A DNA stretch of 64,000 bases from Haliotis cracherodii (GCF_022045235.1 NW_027266308.1:58900001-58964000), one strand, 5' to 3'. Positions 1 to 11,244 are shown, counted from the first letter of the stretch. A program made the numbers and translations. The notes: generated by a model not told the origin, from the sequence alone.

Positions 1-2322
1 GGCGAATATTTACATTTCGTCACTGCTTGTAATGTGGTGAGTGTCTTGATTTCGGCCCTGCATGCAATGTGGCAAGTGTCTACATTTCGGCTCTGTATGC
101 AATGTGGCGAGTGTCTACATTTCGGCACTGCATGCAATGTGGCGAGTGTCTACATTTCGGCACTGCATGTAATGTGGCGAGCGTCTACATTTCGGCACTG
201 CATGCAATGTGGCGAGTGTCTACATTTCGGCACTGCATGCAATGTGGCGAGTGTCTACATTTCGGCACTGCATGCAATGTGGTGAGTGTCTACATTTCGG
301 CCCTGCATGCAATGTGGCGAGTGACTACATTTCGGCCCTGCATGCAATGTGGCGAGAGGCTGACATTTCGACACTGCATGCAAAGTGGCGAGTGTCTACA
401 TTTCGGCTCTGTATGCAATGTGCTGAGTGTCTACATTTCGGCACTGCATGCAATGTGGTGAGTGTCTACATTTCGGCCCTGCATACAACGTGGGGAGTGT
501 CTACATTTCGGCACTGCATGCAATGAGGCGAGTATCTACATTTCGGCTCTGCATGCAATGTGGTGAGTGTCTACATTTCGGCACTGCATACAACGTGGCG
601 AGTGTCTACATTTCGGCACTGCATGCAATGAGGCGAGTATCTACATTTTGGCCCTGCATGCAATGTGGCGAGTGTCTACATTTCGGCCCTGCATGCAATG
701 TGGCGAGTGGCGACATTTCGGCACTGCATGCAAAGTGGCGAGTGTCTATATTTCGGCTCTGTATGCAATGTGGTGAGTGTCTACATTTCGGCACTGCATG
801 CAATGTGGTGAGTGTCTACATTTCGGCTGGGCGTGCAGTGTGGTGAGTGTCTACATTTCGGCACTGCATGCAATGTGGCGAGTGTCTACATTTCGGCTCT
901 GCATGCAATGTGGCGGGTGGCGACATTTTGGCTCTGCATACAAAGTGGCGAGTGTCTACATTTCGGCACTGCATGCAATGTGGTGAGTGTCTACATTTCG
1001 GCCCTGCATGCAATGTGGCAAGTGTCTACATTTCGGCTCTGCATGCAATGTGGCGGGTGGCGACATTTTGGCTCTGCATGCAATGGGGCGAGTGTCTACA
1101 TTTCGGCACTGCATGCAATGTGGCTGGTGGCGACATTTCAGCACTGCATGCAGTGTGGTGAGTGTCTACATTTCGGCCCTGCATGCAATGTGGCGAGTGA
1201 CTACATTTCGGCCCTGCATGCAATGTGGCGAGAGGCTGACATTTCGACACTGCATGCAAAGTGGCGAGTGTCTACATTTCGGCTCTGTATGCAATGTGCT
1301 GAGTGTCTACATTTCGGCACTGCATGCAATGTGGTGAGTGTCTACATTTCGGCCCTGCATACAACGTGGGGAGTGTCTACATTTCGGCACTGCATGCAAT
1401 GAGGCGAGTATCTACATTTCGGCTCTGCATGCAATGTGGTGAGTGTCTACATTTCGGCACTGCATACAACGTGGCGAGTGTCTACATTTCGGCACTGCAT
1501 GCAATGAGGCGAGTATCTACATTTTGGCCCTGCATGCAATGTGGCGAGTGTTTACATTTCGGCCCTGCATGCAATGTGGCGAGTGGCGACATTTCGGCAC
1601 TGCATGCAAAGTGGCGAGTGTCTATATTTCGGCTCTGTATGCAATGTGGTGAGTGTCTACATTTCGGCACTGCATGCAATGTGGTGAGTGTCTACATTTC
1701 GGCTGGGCGTGCAGTGTGGTGAGTGTCTACATTTCGGCACTGCATGCAATGTGGCGAGTGTCTACATTTCGGCTCTGCATGCAATGTGGCGGGTGGCGAC
1801 ATTTTGGCTCTGCATACAAAGTGGCGAGTGTCTACATTTCGGCACTGCATGCAATGTGGTGAGTGTCTACATTTCGGCCCTGCATGCAATGTGGCAAGTG
1901 TCTACATTTCGGCTCTGCATGCAATGTGGCGGGTGGCGACATTTTGGCTCTGCATGCAATGGGGCGAGTGTCTACATTTCGGCACTGCATGCAATGTGGC
2001 TGGTGGCGACATTTCAGCACTGCATGCAGTGTGGCGAGTGTCTACATTTCGGCTCTGCATGCAATGTGGTGAGTGTCTACATTTCGGAACTGCATGCAGT
2101 GTGGTGAGAGTCATTTCGGCCCTGCTTGCAATGTGGTGAGTGTCTACATATCGGCACTGGATGCAATGTTGCGAGTGTCTACATGTCGGTCCTGCATGCA
2201 ATGTGGCGAGTGTCGACATTTCGGCCCTGCATGCAATGTGGCGTGTGTCTACATTTCTGCCCTGCATGCAATGTGGCGAGTGTCTACATTTCGGCTCTGC
2301 ATGCAATGTGGTGAGCGTCTAC
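1..2322. repeat. 35-bp minisatellite array (about 66 units, runs off the window start)
   Basis: Consensus CTGCATGCAATGTGGCGAGTGTCTACATTTCGGCA repeated continuously; contains an 876-bp higher-order duplication. Confidence 0.97.
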
Positions 2323-2607
2323 GTGCCCTGTCGTACTCGTCTTTGTGGATAAAAAGAATACAACAGGATGAAACCCTCCAAATATAGAATAAGCATTATT
2401 TTCCTGCCGGTTGTCAGATATGATCTAGGGCCTCTTTTAGTAGATGACGGATTGACAAGGTTAAAACCATTTATAGAAAACTACTTCTTTAATTTGCTGT
2501 AATGGCCACGTTTCGGTACAGACCCTTAAATGTCGCTGTTGCACAAAATATATACGTCCTTATCCACAAAATATGTCAACTTTGTAAGAAAAATATTGCC
2601 ATAACCA

Positions 2608-2716
2608 GTCACGTGGAAAACCAACAAAAGGTATAAAGGGGGATCATTTCGATATCCTTGCATCCCGCACTTCTCCCGCAACTGTGTCCGATCTGATCAA
2701 TAGTGAAATTGTAAGT
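2608..2716 (+). promoter_or_regulatory. Putative promoter and non-coding exon 1 of GN gene 1
   Basis: GTCACGTGG 2608-2616, TATAAA 2632-2637, GTAAGT donor at 2711. The same layout is in copy 2 (TATAAA 12331, donor 12409) and copy 3 (TATAAA 19419, donor 19498). Confidence 0.6.
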
Positions 2717-2911
2717 AGAGTTTTAACATGTTCAACCATTAGTATATCTTCGTAAACCATTAGTAAATCTTAGTGGAGCATTAGCAAATCTTAGTAAAGC
2801 ATTAGTAAATCTTGCATTATTTTACGCTAACCATACGCACTGACAGTGTTATCAGTTGAACAGGACATGCTCAGCCCTCGTGCTGCCCTCACTGTTAGTA
2901 GGCGATGATTA

Positions 2912-3125
2912 GAGAGTGAATGAGTGAGTTTGGTTTAACGCGTGTCTTAGTGTGGGAGGAAAGTAATGCAGGTCTCAGATGTTTAGCACTTTGGTGAAAC
3001 CGAAGAGCATGGGTATGGTGCTGACAAACCTAGAAACATAATCGGTGCGAACTGGTATTCGAAACCACAATCATAGGTTTCTGTTGTGCCCAAGGGACTT
3101 CGCTCAGTACAGCGAATTGCGAATA
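2912..3125 (-). mobile_element. SINE-like family D fragment
   Basis: Reverse-complement match to 9658-9944, including the (ACTC)n tail. Duplicated at about 12610-12815 and 19696-19905. Confidence 0.75.
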
Positions 3126-3166
3126 ATCCATAAGCCAATCTTACCAATCTGCATTGACAGTGGGCA

Positions 3167-3500
3167 TCCTCCGTGGATGGAGCGTCCGGTGGGAGATCGG
3201 AAGGTCGGTAGTTCGATCCCTTGAGCGGGTCTTACCCAAGAAAGATGGTACTTGTTAAAAGATGGTAGTGGAAGTTAACCTGCCTGGCCCTCGTCATTCA
3301 GGGGAAAAAAATGACTGGTCATCTCGGAATCAGTATACCGTGACTGAGTTGGGTAGTCCATCTGAAAATGCAGCATGGTATCTCAGTGGGCTAGAACTAT
3401 AACACCAGCATTAGTCCGGATTATCACAAGCACACCACACCCTTCCACACACGCACACGTGCATGCACATCGCTTTATAAGTGCAATAAGCTTGAACGCG
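3167..3500 (+). mobile_element. tRNA-derived SINE family A (degenerate)
   Basis: B box GTTCGATCCC, core AAAAGATGGTA...CCTGCCTGGC, GCATGGTATCTCAGTGGGCTAG and a CA-rich tail; similar to 45094-45336. Confidence 0.75.
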
Positions 3501-3725
3501 ACGCCTCACTGAGACTGACTTATATCATTATGGATTTCAATTTCTTTAATAAGTCTTCCCATGCAAAGTAACGAATTGTCGCATAGCAAGAAAAAAGAAG
3601 TCAAAGCAATGATTCCAGATTGTAGATATCTATGAATATGTCAGGTCCGTGTTTTGGAACTCATGTCTGAGAGATGCGAGTACGGGGATACTTCAAATAG
3701 CAGTGTCTGTGTTTACTGTTATAAG

Positions 3726-3876
3726 GAGCGGTGGGGTAGTCTTGTGGTTAAAGCGTACGCCGAAGGCCTGGGTTTGATTCCCCACTTGGGTACAATATGT
3801 GAAGCCTGTTTCTGGTGTCCCCCGCCTTGATATTGCTGGAATATTTCTAAAAGCAGCGAAAAACCATACTCACTTA
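3726..3876 (+). mobile_element. Short tRNA-derived SINE family C
   Basis: GGTGGGGTAGTCTTGTGGTTAAAGCG head, B-box-like GGTTTGATTCCC, tail GATATTGCTGGAATATT...ACTCACT. Other copies at about 13337, 20517, 37560, 42458, 44196, 45887 (+) and 46508-46606, 51050-51205 (-). Confidence 0.8.
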
Positions 3877-4099
3877 CTGTCATAAACTAGAATGCAGGAA
3901 GAAGGAATCTAATTATACGTGATTAAATGTAAACGTTGTCTTAAATATAATTCGTTCATGTTGTTTGTCACTTGTTTGTTAATTAAATCATTGCAATGAG
4001 AGGTAATGAGGGTTTGATGGCAAGTCTTAACAAGATTTGATCAGCACATGAATGACATTGAAGAGTCTTTCTTACTTCACAGCTATTTGAACAGCAGAC

Positions 4100-7000
4100 A
4101 TGAAGTTCGCCGTATTTCTCCTTGTCTTGGCATGTGTTTGCGCTGTCGCCTTCAGCGCTCCTCATAAAAGGAGGTGCAAAGGCAAAGGTGAGAACGGCAA
4201 CGGCAATGGTAACGGCGAGAAAGGCAATGGAGAATGTGACGAAGGGAAGAATGATGACATAAAAGATGACTCGAACGACAACGGTAACGGCAATGGCAAA
4301 GGAAAAGACAACGGTAAAGGCAATGACAACGGTAACGGCAATGGCAAAGGCAACGGTAACGACGATGGCATTGGCAACGGCAACGGTAACGGCAATGGCA
4401 ACGGTAAAGACAACGGTAACGGCAATGGCAACGATAACGGCAATGGCAACGGTAAAGACAACGGTAACGGCAATGGCAACGGTAAAGACAACGGTAACGG
4501 TAAAGAAAACGGTAAAGATTACGGTATCGGCAATAGCAACGGCAACCGTAACGACGATGGCATTGGCAATGGCAATGGTAACGGCAATGACAACGGTAAA
4601 GACAACGGTAACGGCAATGGCAACGGCAACGGTAACGACGATGGCATTGGCAATGGCAACGGTAACGACGATGGCAACGGTAACGGTAACGGCAATGGCA
4701 AGGGTAAAGACAACGGTAACGGCAATGGCAACGGCAACGGTAACGACGATGGATTTGGCAATGGCAACGGTAACGGCAATGACAACGGTAAAGACAACGG
4801 TAACGGCAATGGCAACGGTAAAGACAACGGTAACGGCAATGGCAACGGCAACGGTAACGACGATGGATTTGGCAATGGCAACGGTAACGGCAATGACAAC
4901 GGTAAAGACAACGGTAACGGCAATGGAAACGGTAAAGACAACAGTAACGGCAATGGCAACGGCAACGGTAACGACGATGGCATTGGCAATGGCAACGGTA
5001 ACGACGAAGGCAACGGCAACGGTAACGGCAATGGCAACGGTAAAGACAACGGTAACGGCAATGGCAACGGTAACGAAGATGGCATTGGCAATGGCAACGG
5101 TAACGGCAATGACAACGGTAAAGACAACGGTAACGGCAATGACAACGGTAAAGACAACAGTAACGGCAATGGCAACGGCAACGGTAACGACGATGTCATT
5201 GGCAATGGCAACGGTAACGACGATGGCAACGGCAACGGTAACGGCAATATCAACGGTAAAGACAACGGTAAAGGCAATGGCAACGGTAAAGACAACGGTA
5301 ACGGCAATGGCAACGGTAAAGACAACGGTAACGACGATGGCATTGGCAATGGCAACGGTAAAGGCAATGACAACGGTAAAGACAACGGCAACGGCAATGG
5401 CAACGGTAAAGACAACGGTAACGGCAATGGCAACGGCAACGGTAACGACGATGGCATTGGCAATGGCAATGGTAACGGCAATGACAACGGTAAAGACAAC
5501 GGTAACGGCAATGGCAACGGTAAAGACAACGGTAACGGCAATGGCAACGGCAACGGTAACGACGATGGCATTGGCAATGGCAATGGTAACGACGATGGCA
5601 ACGGCATTGGTAACGGCAATGGCAACGGTAAAGACAACGGTTACGGCAATGGCAACGGCAACGGTAACGACGATGGATTTGGCAATGGCAACGGTAACGG
5701 CAATGACAACAGTAAAGACAACGGTAACGGCAATGGCAAGGGTAAAGACAACGGTAACGGCAATGGCAACGGCAACGGTAACGACGATGAATTTGGCAAT
5801 GGCAACGGTAACGGCAATGACAACGGTAAAGACAACGGTAACGGCAATGGCAACGGCAACGGTAACGACGATGGATTTGGCAATGGCAACGGTAACGGCA
5901 ATGACAACGGTAAAGACAACGGTAACGGCAATGACAACGGTAAAGACAACGGTAACGGCAATGGCAACAGTAAAGACAACGGTAACGGCAATGGCAACGG
6001 CAACGGTAACGACGATGGATTTGGCAATGGCAACGGTAACGGCAATGACAACGGTAAAGACAACGGTAACGGCAATGGCAACGGTAAAGACAACGGTAAC
6101 GGCAATGGCAACGGCAACGGTAACGACGACGGCATTGGCAATGGCAACGGTAACGGCAATGACAACGGTAAAGACAACGGTAACGGCAATGGCAACGGTA
6201 AAGACAACGGTAACGGCAATGGCAACGGCAACGGTAACGACGATGGATTTGGCAATGGCAACGGTAACGACGATGGCAACGGCAACGGTAACGGCAATGG
6301 CAACGGTAAAGACAACGGTAACGGCAATGGCAACGGCAACGGTAACGACGATGGATTTGGCAATGGCAACGGTAACGGCAATGACAACAGTAAAGACAAC
6401 GGTAACGGCAATGGCAACGGTAAAGACAACGGTAACGGCAACGGCAACGGCAACGGTAACGACGATGGATTTGGCAATGGCAACGGTAACGGCAATGACA
6501 ACGGTAAAGACAACGGTAACGGCAATGGCAACGGTAAAGACAACGGTAACGGCAATGGCAACGGTAACGACGATGGATTTGGCAATGGCAACGGTAACGG
6601 CAATGACAACGGTAAAGACAACGGTAACGGCAATGGCAACGGTAAAGACAACGGTAACGGCAATGGCAACGGCAACGGTAACGACGATGGATTTGGCAAT
6701 GGCAACGGTAACGGCAATGACAACGGTAAAGACAACGGTAACGGCAATGGCAACGGTAAAGACAACGGTAACGGCAATGGCAACGGCAACGGTAACGACG
6801 ATGGATTTGGCAATGGCAACGGTAACGGCAATGACAACGGTAAAGACAACGGTAACGGCAATGGCAACGGCAACGGTAACGACGATGGCATTGGCAATGG
6901 CAACGGTAACGGCAATGACAACGGTAAAGACAACGGTAACGGCAATGGCAACGGTAAAGACAACGGTAACGGCAATGGCAACGGCAACGGTAACGACGAT

Positions 7001-7729
7001 GGATTTGGCAATGGCAACGGTAACGGCAATGACAATGGTAAAGACAACGGTAACGGCAATGGCAACGGTAAAGACAACGGTAACGGCAATGGCAACGGCA
7101 ACGGTAACGACGATGGATTTGGCAATGGCAACGGTTACGGCAATGACAACGGTAAAGACAACGGTAACGGCAATGGCAACGGTAAAGACAACGGTAACGG
7201 CAACGGCAACGGTAACGACGATGGATTTGGCAATGGCAACGGTAACGGCAATGACAACGGTAAAGACAACGGTAACGGCAATGGCAACGGCAACGGTAAC
7301 GACGATGGCATTGGCAATGGCAACGGTAACGGCAATGACAACGGTAAAGGCAATGGCAACGGTAATGGCAACAGTAAAGACAACGGTAACGGCAATGGCA
7401 ACGGTAAAGACAACGGTTACGGCAATGGCAACGGCAACGGTAACGACGATGGCATTGGCAATGGCAACAGTAACGACGATGGCAATGGCAATGGCAACGG
7501 TAAAGACAACGGTAACGGCAATGGGAACGGTAACGGCAATGGTAACGACAATGGCAATGACAACGGTAACGGCAATAGCAAAGGTAAAGCCTATGGTAAC
7601 GGCAATGGCAACGGTAAAGGCAACGGCAACGGTAACGACGATGGCAATGGCAATGGCAACGGTAACGGTAACGGTGACGACAACGGTAATGGCAATGGCA
7701 ACGGCAACGGTAACGGCAACGTTAACTGA
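4100..7729 (+). CDS. Secreted Gly-Asn-repeat protein, long form (1209 aa); candidate shell/extracellular matrix protein
   Basis: Intact ORF. Signal peptide MKFAVFLLVLACVCAVAFSA, basic KRR, two Cys, then about 1150 aa of GN/DN/GK/DD/GF dyads. Acceptor TTCACAG at 4082, 3'UTR intron 7767-8481, AATAAA 8534. GN repeats are known from molluscan nacrein/N66 and N14/pearlin, but no carbonic anhydrase domain is present here. Confidence 0.93.
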   Translation: MKFAVFLLVLACVCAVAFSAPHKRRCKGKGENGNGNGNGEKGNGECDEGKNDDIKDDSNDNGNGNGKGKDNGKGNDNGNGNGKGNGNDDGIGNGNGNGNGNGKDNGNGNGNDNGNGNGKDNGNGNGNGKDNGNGKENGKDYGIGNSNGNRNDDGIGNGNGNGNDNGKDNGNGNGNGNGNDDGIGNGNGNDDGNGNGNGNGKGKDNGNGNGNGNGNDDGFGNGNGNGNDNGKDNGNGNGNGKDNGNGNGNGNGNDDGFGNGNGNGNDNGKDNGNGNGNGKDNSNGNGNGNGNDDGIGNGNGNDEGNGNGNGNGNGKDNGNGNGNGNEDGIGNGNGNGNDNGKDNGNGNDNGKDNSNGNGNGNGNDDVIGNGNGNDDGNGNGNGNINGKDNGKGNGNGKDNGNGNGNGKDNGNDDGIGNGNGKGNDNGKDNGNGNGNGKDNGNGNGNGNGNDDGIGNGNGNGNDNGKDNGNGNGNGKDNGNGNGNGNGNDDGIGNGNGNDDGNGIGNGNGNGKDNGYGNGNGNGNDDGFGNGNGNGNDNSKDNGNGNGKGKDNGNGNGNGNGNDDEFGNGNGNGNDNGKDNGNGNGNGNGNDDGFGNGNGNGNDNGKDNGNGNDNGKDNGNGNGNSKDNGNGNGNGNGNDDGFGNGNGNGNDNGKDNGNGNGNGKDNGNGNGNGNGNDDGIGNGNGNGNDNGKDNGNGNGNGKDNGNGNGNGNGNDDGFGNGNGNDDGNGNGNGNGNGKDNGNGNGNGNGNDDGFGNGNGNGNDNSKDNGNGNGNGKDNGNGNGNGNGNDDGFGNGNGNGNDNGKDNGNGNGNGKDNGNGNGNGNDDGFGNGNGNGNDNGKDNGNGNGNGKDNGNGNGNGNGNDDGFGNGNGNGNDNGKDNGNGNGNGKDNGNGNGNGNGNDDGFGNGNGNGNDNGKDNGNGNGNGNGNDDGIGNGNGNGNDNGKDNGNGNGNGKDNGNGNGNGNGNDDGFGNGNGNGNDNGKDNGNGNGNGKDNGNGNGNGNGNDDGFGNGNGYGNDNGKDNGNGNGNGKDNGNGNGNGNDDGFGNGNGNGNDNGKDNGNGNGNGNGNDDGIGNGNGNGNDNGKGNGNGNGNSKDNGNGNGNGKDNGYGNGNGNGNDDGIGNGNSNDDGNGNGNGKDNGNGNGNGNGNGNDNGNDNGNGNSKGKAYGNGNGNGKGNGNGNDDGNGNGNGNGNGDDNGNGNGNGNGNGNVN

Positions 7730-8481
7730 GGTCGAACAAATACTCTTCCAGAGCATCTTTCTACATGTAAGTTTCTACATGTAAATGTGACATACCCTTT
7801 GAGTTAACTGTTTTTGTTCGACGAACCTTTTCCATAAACTTGAATTTATATTTCCTACCTTTGAAATGACATGCCGGCAAAGCAGCAATTTATATTTAAA
7901 TAGCATGGATGCATTGAACACATGCACAATTCACGCCAGAGGGTATATGGGCAACATTGCTTCTTGTCATGTCGGTTCGAAAGGCTAAATTGTACTGGTA
8001 CATGTGATGGTACAAAGTGGTCAGAGCATGTACCATTATGCAATCAGTATCCATTATCCATTATCTCAACTCCTATACCTGTTGGGGATGTTGCAAACAT
8101 AACGGACTGACTAGTCCTCAATGAAAATTGAGCCTAAAAAACTTTTTTGCAACAATGTATTTTTTGTCAACAGTCAGAAGCATAATTCTATTTTTCAAAC
8201 ATATTCTGGGTTAATTTCCCCTCCCCTTCCCCCATTAAATGGTTAATTAAATCATGTAATCAGCAAATATGCAGCCCTATCACGGTGGCCTGTGAGCAAT
8301 CGAGTCTGTGCAACCGGGGTCCATAGAATGAAGGCTTAACGGTTTACCATGACGAGAATATCAGCTATATTTTGGGGTTAGAAATCTTACCCTTATACCA
8401 CCACACATCCATTGTGGTCCTCAGATCCGTACTGATGATGTACAGCCGGATAACGTACTAAACGTATGCTTTTACTTTCAG

Positions 8482-8560
8482 GTGAAGCAGTTTCCCATCG
8501 AGCGTAATCAAGAATGAACGTCCTGCAATCTTGAATAAATACTTTTCCCCATCTTTCAAT
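8482..8560 (+). terminator. Terminal non-coding exon with polyadenylation signal, GN gene 1
   Basis: TTTTACTTTCAG acceptor ending 8481; AATAAA 8534-8539. Conserved in copy 2 (14904, 14957) and copy 3 (22056, 22109). Confidence 0.65.
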
Positions 8561-9657
8561 CTTTGTCGACAATCTTTTTGTTGTTAATTATTGAGAGCTA
8601 TGACACTTAATAGATGTTTGACGATAGGTCCGGCCATTAAATGATATTCTGAGAAATTATTATGGCAATATCTTCATCATTTTGTCAGATAAGCATAGCT
8701 GAGATCGGTGTTAAACAAAAAAACCAAAAAAAACCAAAAAGGACAAGGATAGTTGAAGGTTCGTTGATTTCTGAGAGATTTTCTAACATGGGTTAAGGTG
8801 GAAGATCACAATCAATTGTTTGTGGAGTAAATTATTTAGATCCGGGCTCTCGACGAAAGTGAAAGTTTTAAACCGTAACACTCGCATTGCAATGAGCTGC
8901 CACACGCCACACAGTGTCCTCTAAAAAACCAATCGGAGAGTAAATGCCTTGGCTGGAGGTCATACTGGTCAGTTATCAGCTTTAGATGTCCAGTGGTATT
9001 ATAACCGCAGGTCTAAATCAATACCACTGACATCATTTCTCCCCCTCTGTGGGGGAACGGTTGGCCAGGTCGTCTAAGGTTTGTCAGTACCATACCAATA
9101 CTCATGGGTTTCATCAAAGTGGTAATTTAAATCGTCTGAGGCCTGTATCACTTATACCGTTATATAAACGGCATACTGTTAAACGCGGCGTTAAATCCAT
9201 TCACTCACTTACGCAATTCAAACACAACCTGATACATTAAATACACGTCTATCTGTAATAGTAATCGGGCATGTCCACCTTGGACATTTGAGAATTCTTT
9301 CAATTGTTGGGGATTCATGGAAGAATAAGCCACAACAAGGCTTTCCCCAACAGTACACGGAAGCTGACAGGGCGTGATGTAACTGCATTAAGCCCAGCTC
9401 ACTCACTCTCCACTTTTGTAGATTTAAGGTTCCCAGTATTAAATGTTGTCACACTTGATAACTTTCAAAGGACTGGCCAGTTGCTATCAGGTCAATCAAT
9501 TTATTTAGTAAAGAGGCATATATATCTTTCATACCGTAAAGCGCATGATAGCAACAGATTATACTCTCATTTAGAAATGGTTTTGTACATTCATGTTGAT
9601 GTGTAGTAGGATACAAATAAGTAAATTTTGCTAAAAAGTGTGAAATCTATTTTCAAG

Positions 9658-9944
9658 AGGGGGCAGGGGTGGCCCCGTCGTCTAAGGCGCCGCAATTCGC
9701 TGTGCAAATTTTCGTCCCTTGGACACACCAGAAACCTATAACTGTGGGTTCGAATCCCGGTTCATCCAGATTATGTTTGAATTCTAGGTTTCTTATCACC
9801 ATACCCGTGCTCGTGGCTTTCACCGAAGTGGTAAACGTCTGAGACCTGCATCACCTCGTGGCTTTCCTCCCACAATAAGCTGATACGTCGTAGTACAAAT
9901 TGAAGTCTGTTCAAAGCGGCGTCAAACTAGGCTCACTCACTCAC
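9658..9944 (+). mobile_element. SINE-like family D, full length (tRNA-Leu-like head, ACTC tail)
   Basis: GGTGGCCCCGTCGTCTAAGGCGCC A-box region, GTGGGTTCGAATCCC B box, GCTTTCCTCCCAC, (ACTC)n tail. Duplicated at about 16372-16658 and 23493-23780. Confidence 0.8.
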
Positions 9945-10400
9945 TTGTCATTTCTGTGTTCTCTGTTATTAACATCGTGGCAAACAATGCCGATCCGATA
10001 AATGTGAGCGCTATGACATGGTCGTCACATTTGCTATTGCCATAAACAAAGCTTTCCTTTTTCCATTGTCGTTATAATATACTCATCTGTGTGTGTTGCC
10101 AGAATTCCAGGAACAAAACGACCTTACTTGATTGTTCTAAGAGTTAGGGTTAATCTTTTGCGACAAGAATGTTTTGCTACATTTGCTAGACGCTACAATC
10201 CATCTCTCCTGGTACGGAGTGTTATGGAGCTTTATATAGAGATCCAGAGCAAAAGTTGATAGTGATATTGTTTTGTTACATCAATCTTTACACTAATAAG
10301 CGCAACTGGATTAGTGAAGTGACGGTATGATCGGGTCTGTTGAAGCGCCTTAAAAGGGCGGTTTATGATCAGGTTTCTCACAACCATTTCTTAATAGCAT

Positions 10401-10596
10401 TTGTTTGTTTGTTTGTTGTTTAACGCCGCACTCAGCAATATTCCAGCTATATGACGGCGGTCTGTAAAATAATCGAGTCTGGTCCAGTGATTGACATCAT
10501 GAGCATCGATCTACGCAATTGGGATCGATGACATGTATCAACCAAGTCAGCGAGCCTGACCACTCGATCCCGTTAGTCGCCTTTTACGACAAGCAT
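10401..10596 (-). mobile_element. SINE-like family B (5' truncated)
   Basis: Matches 57619-57879; (AAAC)n tail. Duplicated at about 17112-17316 and 24195-24400. Confidence 0.85.
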
Positions 10597-11244
10597 TGCC
10601 GCCTAAAGAGATCGCAGTGCCTTGTGCGAATATATCATTAACATGTGCTTATGAATCTATCAAATAGTGATTATACGTGAAGGTGAACGTATGCTGCCCC
10701 ACCGGGAACACCCGTCACTAACACACGCAAAGGCATGTCAATTGTTCACCTAAAAAAAAAATGGTGCACGCCAAAATATAGAATTGCACCAAACATCACA
10801 ATAGCCACTCATGCATCATATTTGGAAATTTCCTCCACATGTTGGTCGTAAAACGTGTTGAAGGCCGCACTGAGGCTTTGCATGTTGTAACCCTGATCAA
10901 ACAACTTTTGAACAAGAACCGAATGACGCTGTATTCATAGAAAGAGCATGCTTGATTGCATGTCAAAAGTTATGAAATGAAGACACCAAAGGCAGGTGCG
11001 GCTGAAATAGTACTCGACATACAGGAAAACATACGTATCATCCCTCGAGGAACATAAGGCCAGTAGAGCCCCTTGGCTCATCCCTTCACAGCGAATTGCG
11101 TCGTCTTTGACTGCATGGTCACTCGTGCCCTCTCATTATAAGTACCGTGGTTTATGTTAATTATTATATTTATCATTATGTTACTTATTATCTGTCATAT
11201 ACTAAAACCATACACATGGTGTGTGTTAGTTTAGCATTATAAAG

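Noticed and set aside
1-2322. CRISPR-like periodicity (35-bp units)
   Set aside because: No unique spacers, no cas genes, eukaryotic context.
34-2387. Many Cys/His-rich ORFs (CMQCGECLHF...) resembling zinc fingers
   Set aside because: Translation of a 35-bp repeat cycling through all frames; no C2H2 spacing, frequent TGA variants, no gene signals.
3983-7784. 1257-aa antisense Val/Ala/Ile/Thr ORF, 1172-aa Thr/Ala/Met ORF and poly(Leu-Pro) ORFs
   Set aside because: Shadow frames of the GGYAAY repeat; only the 4100-7729 frame has a signal peptide, gene signals and conserved paralogues.
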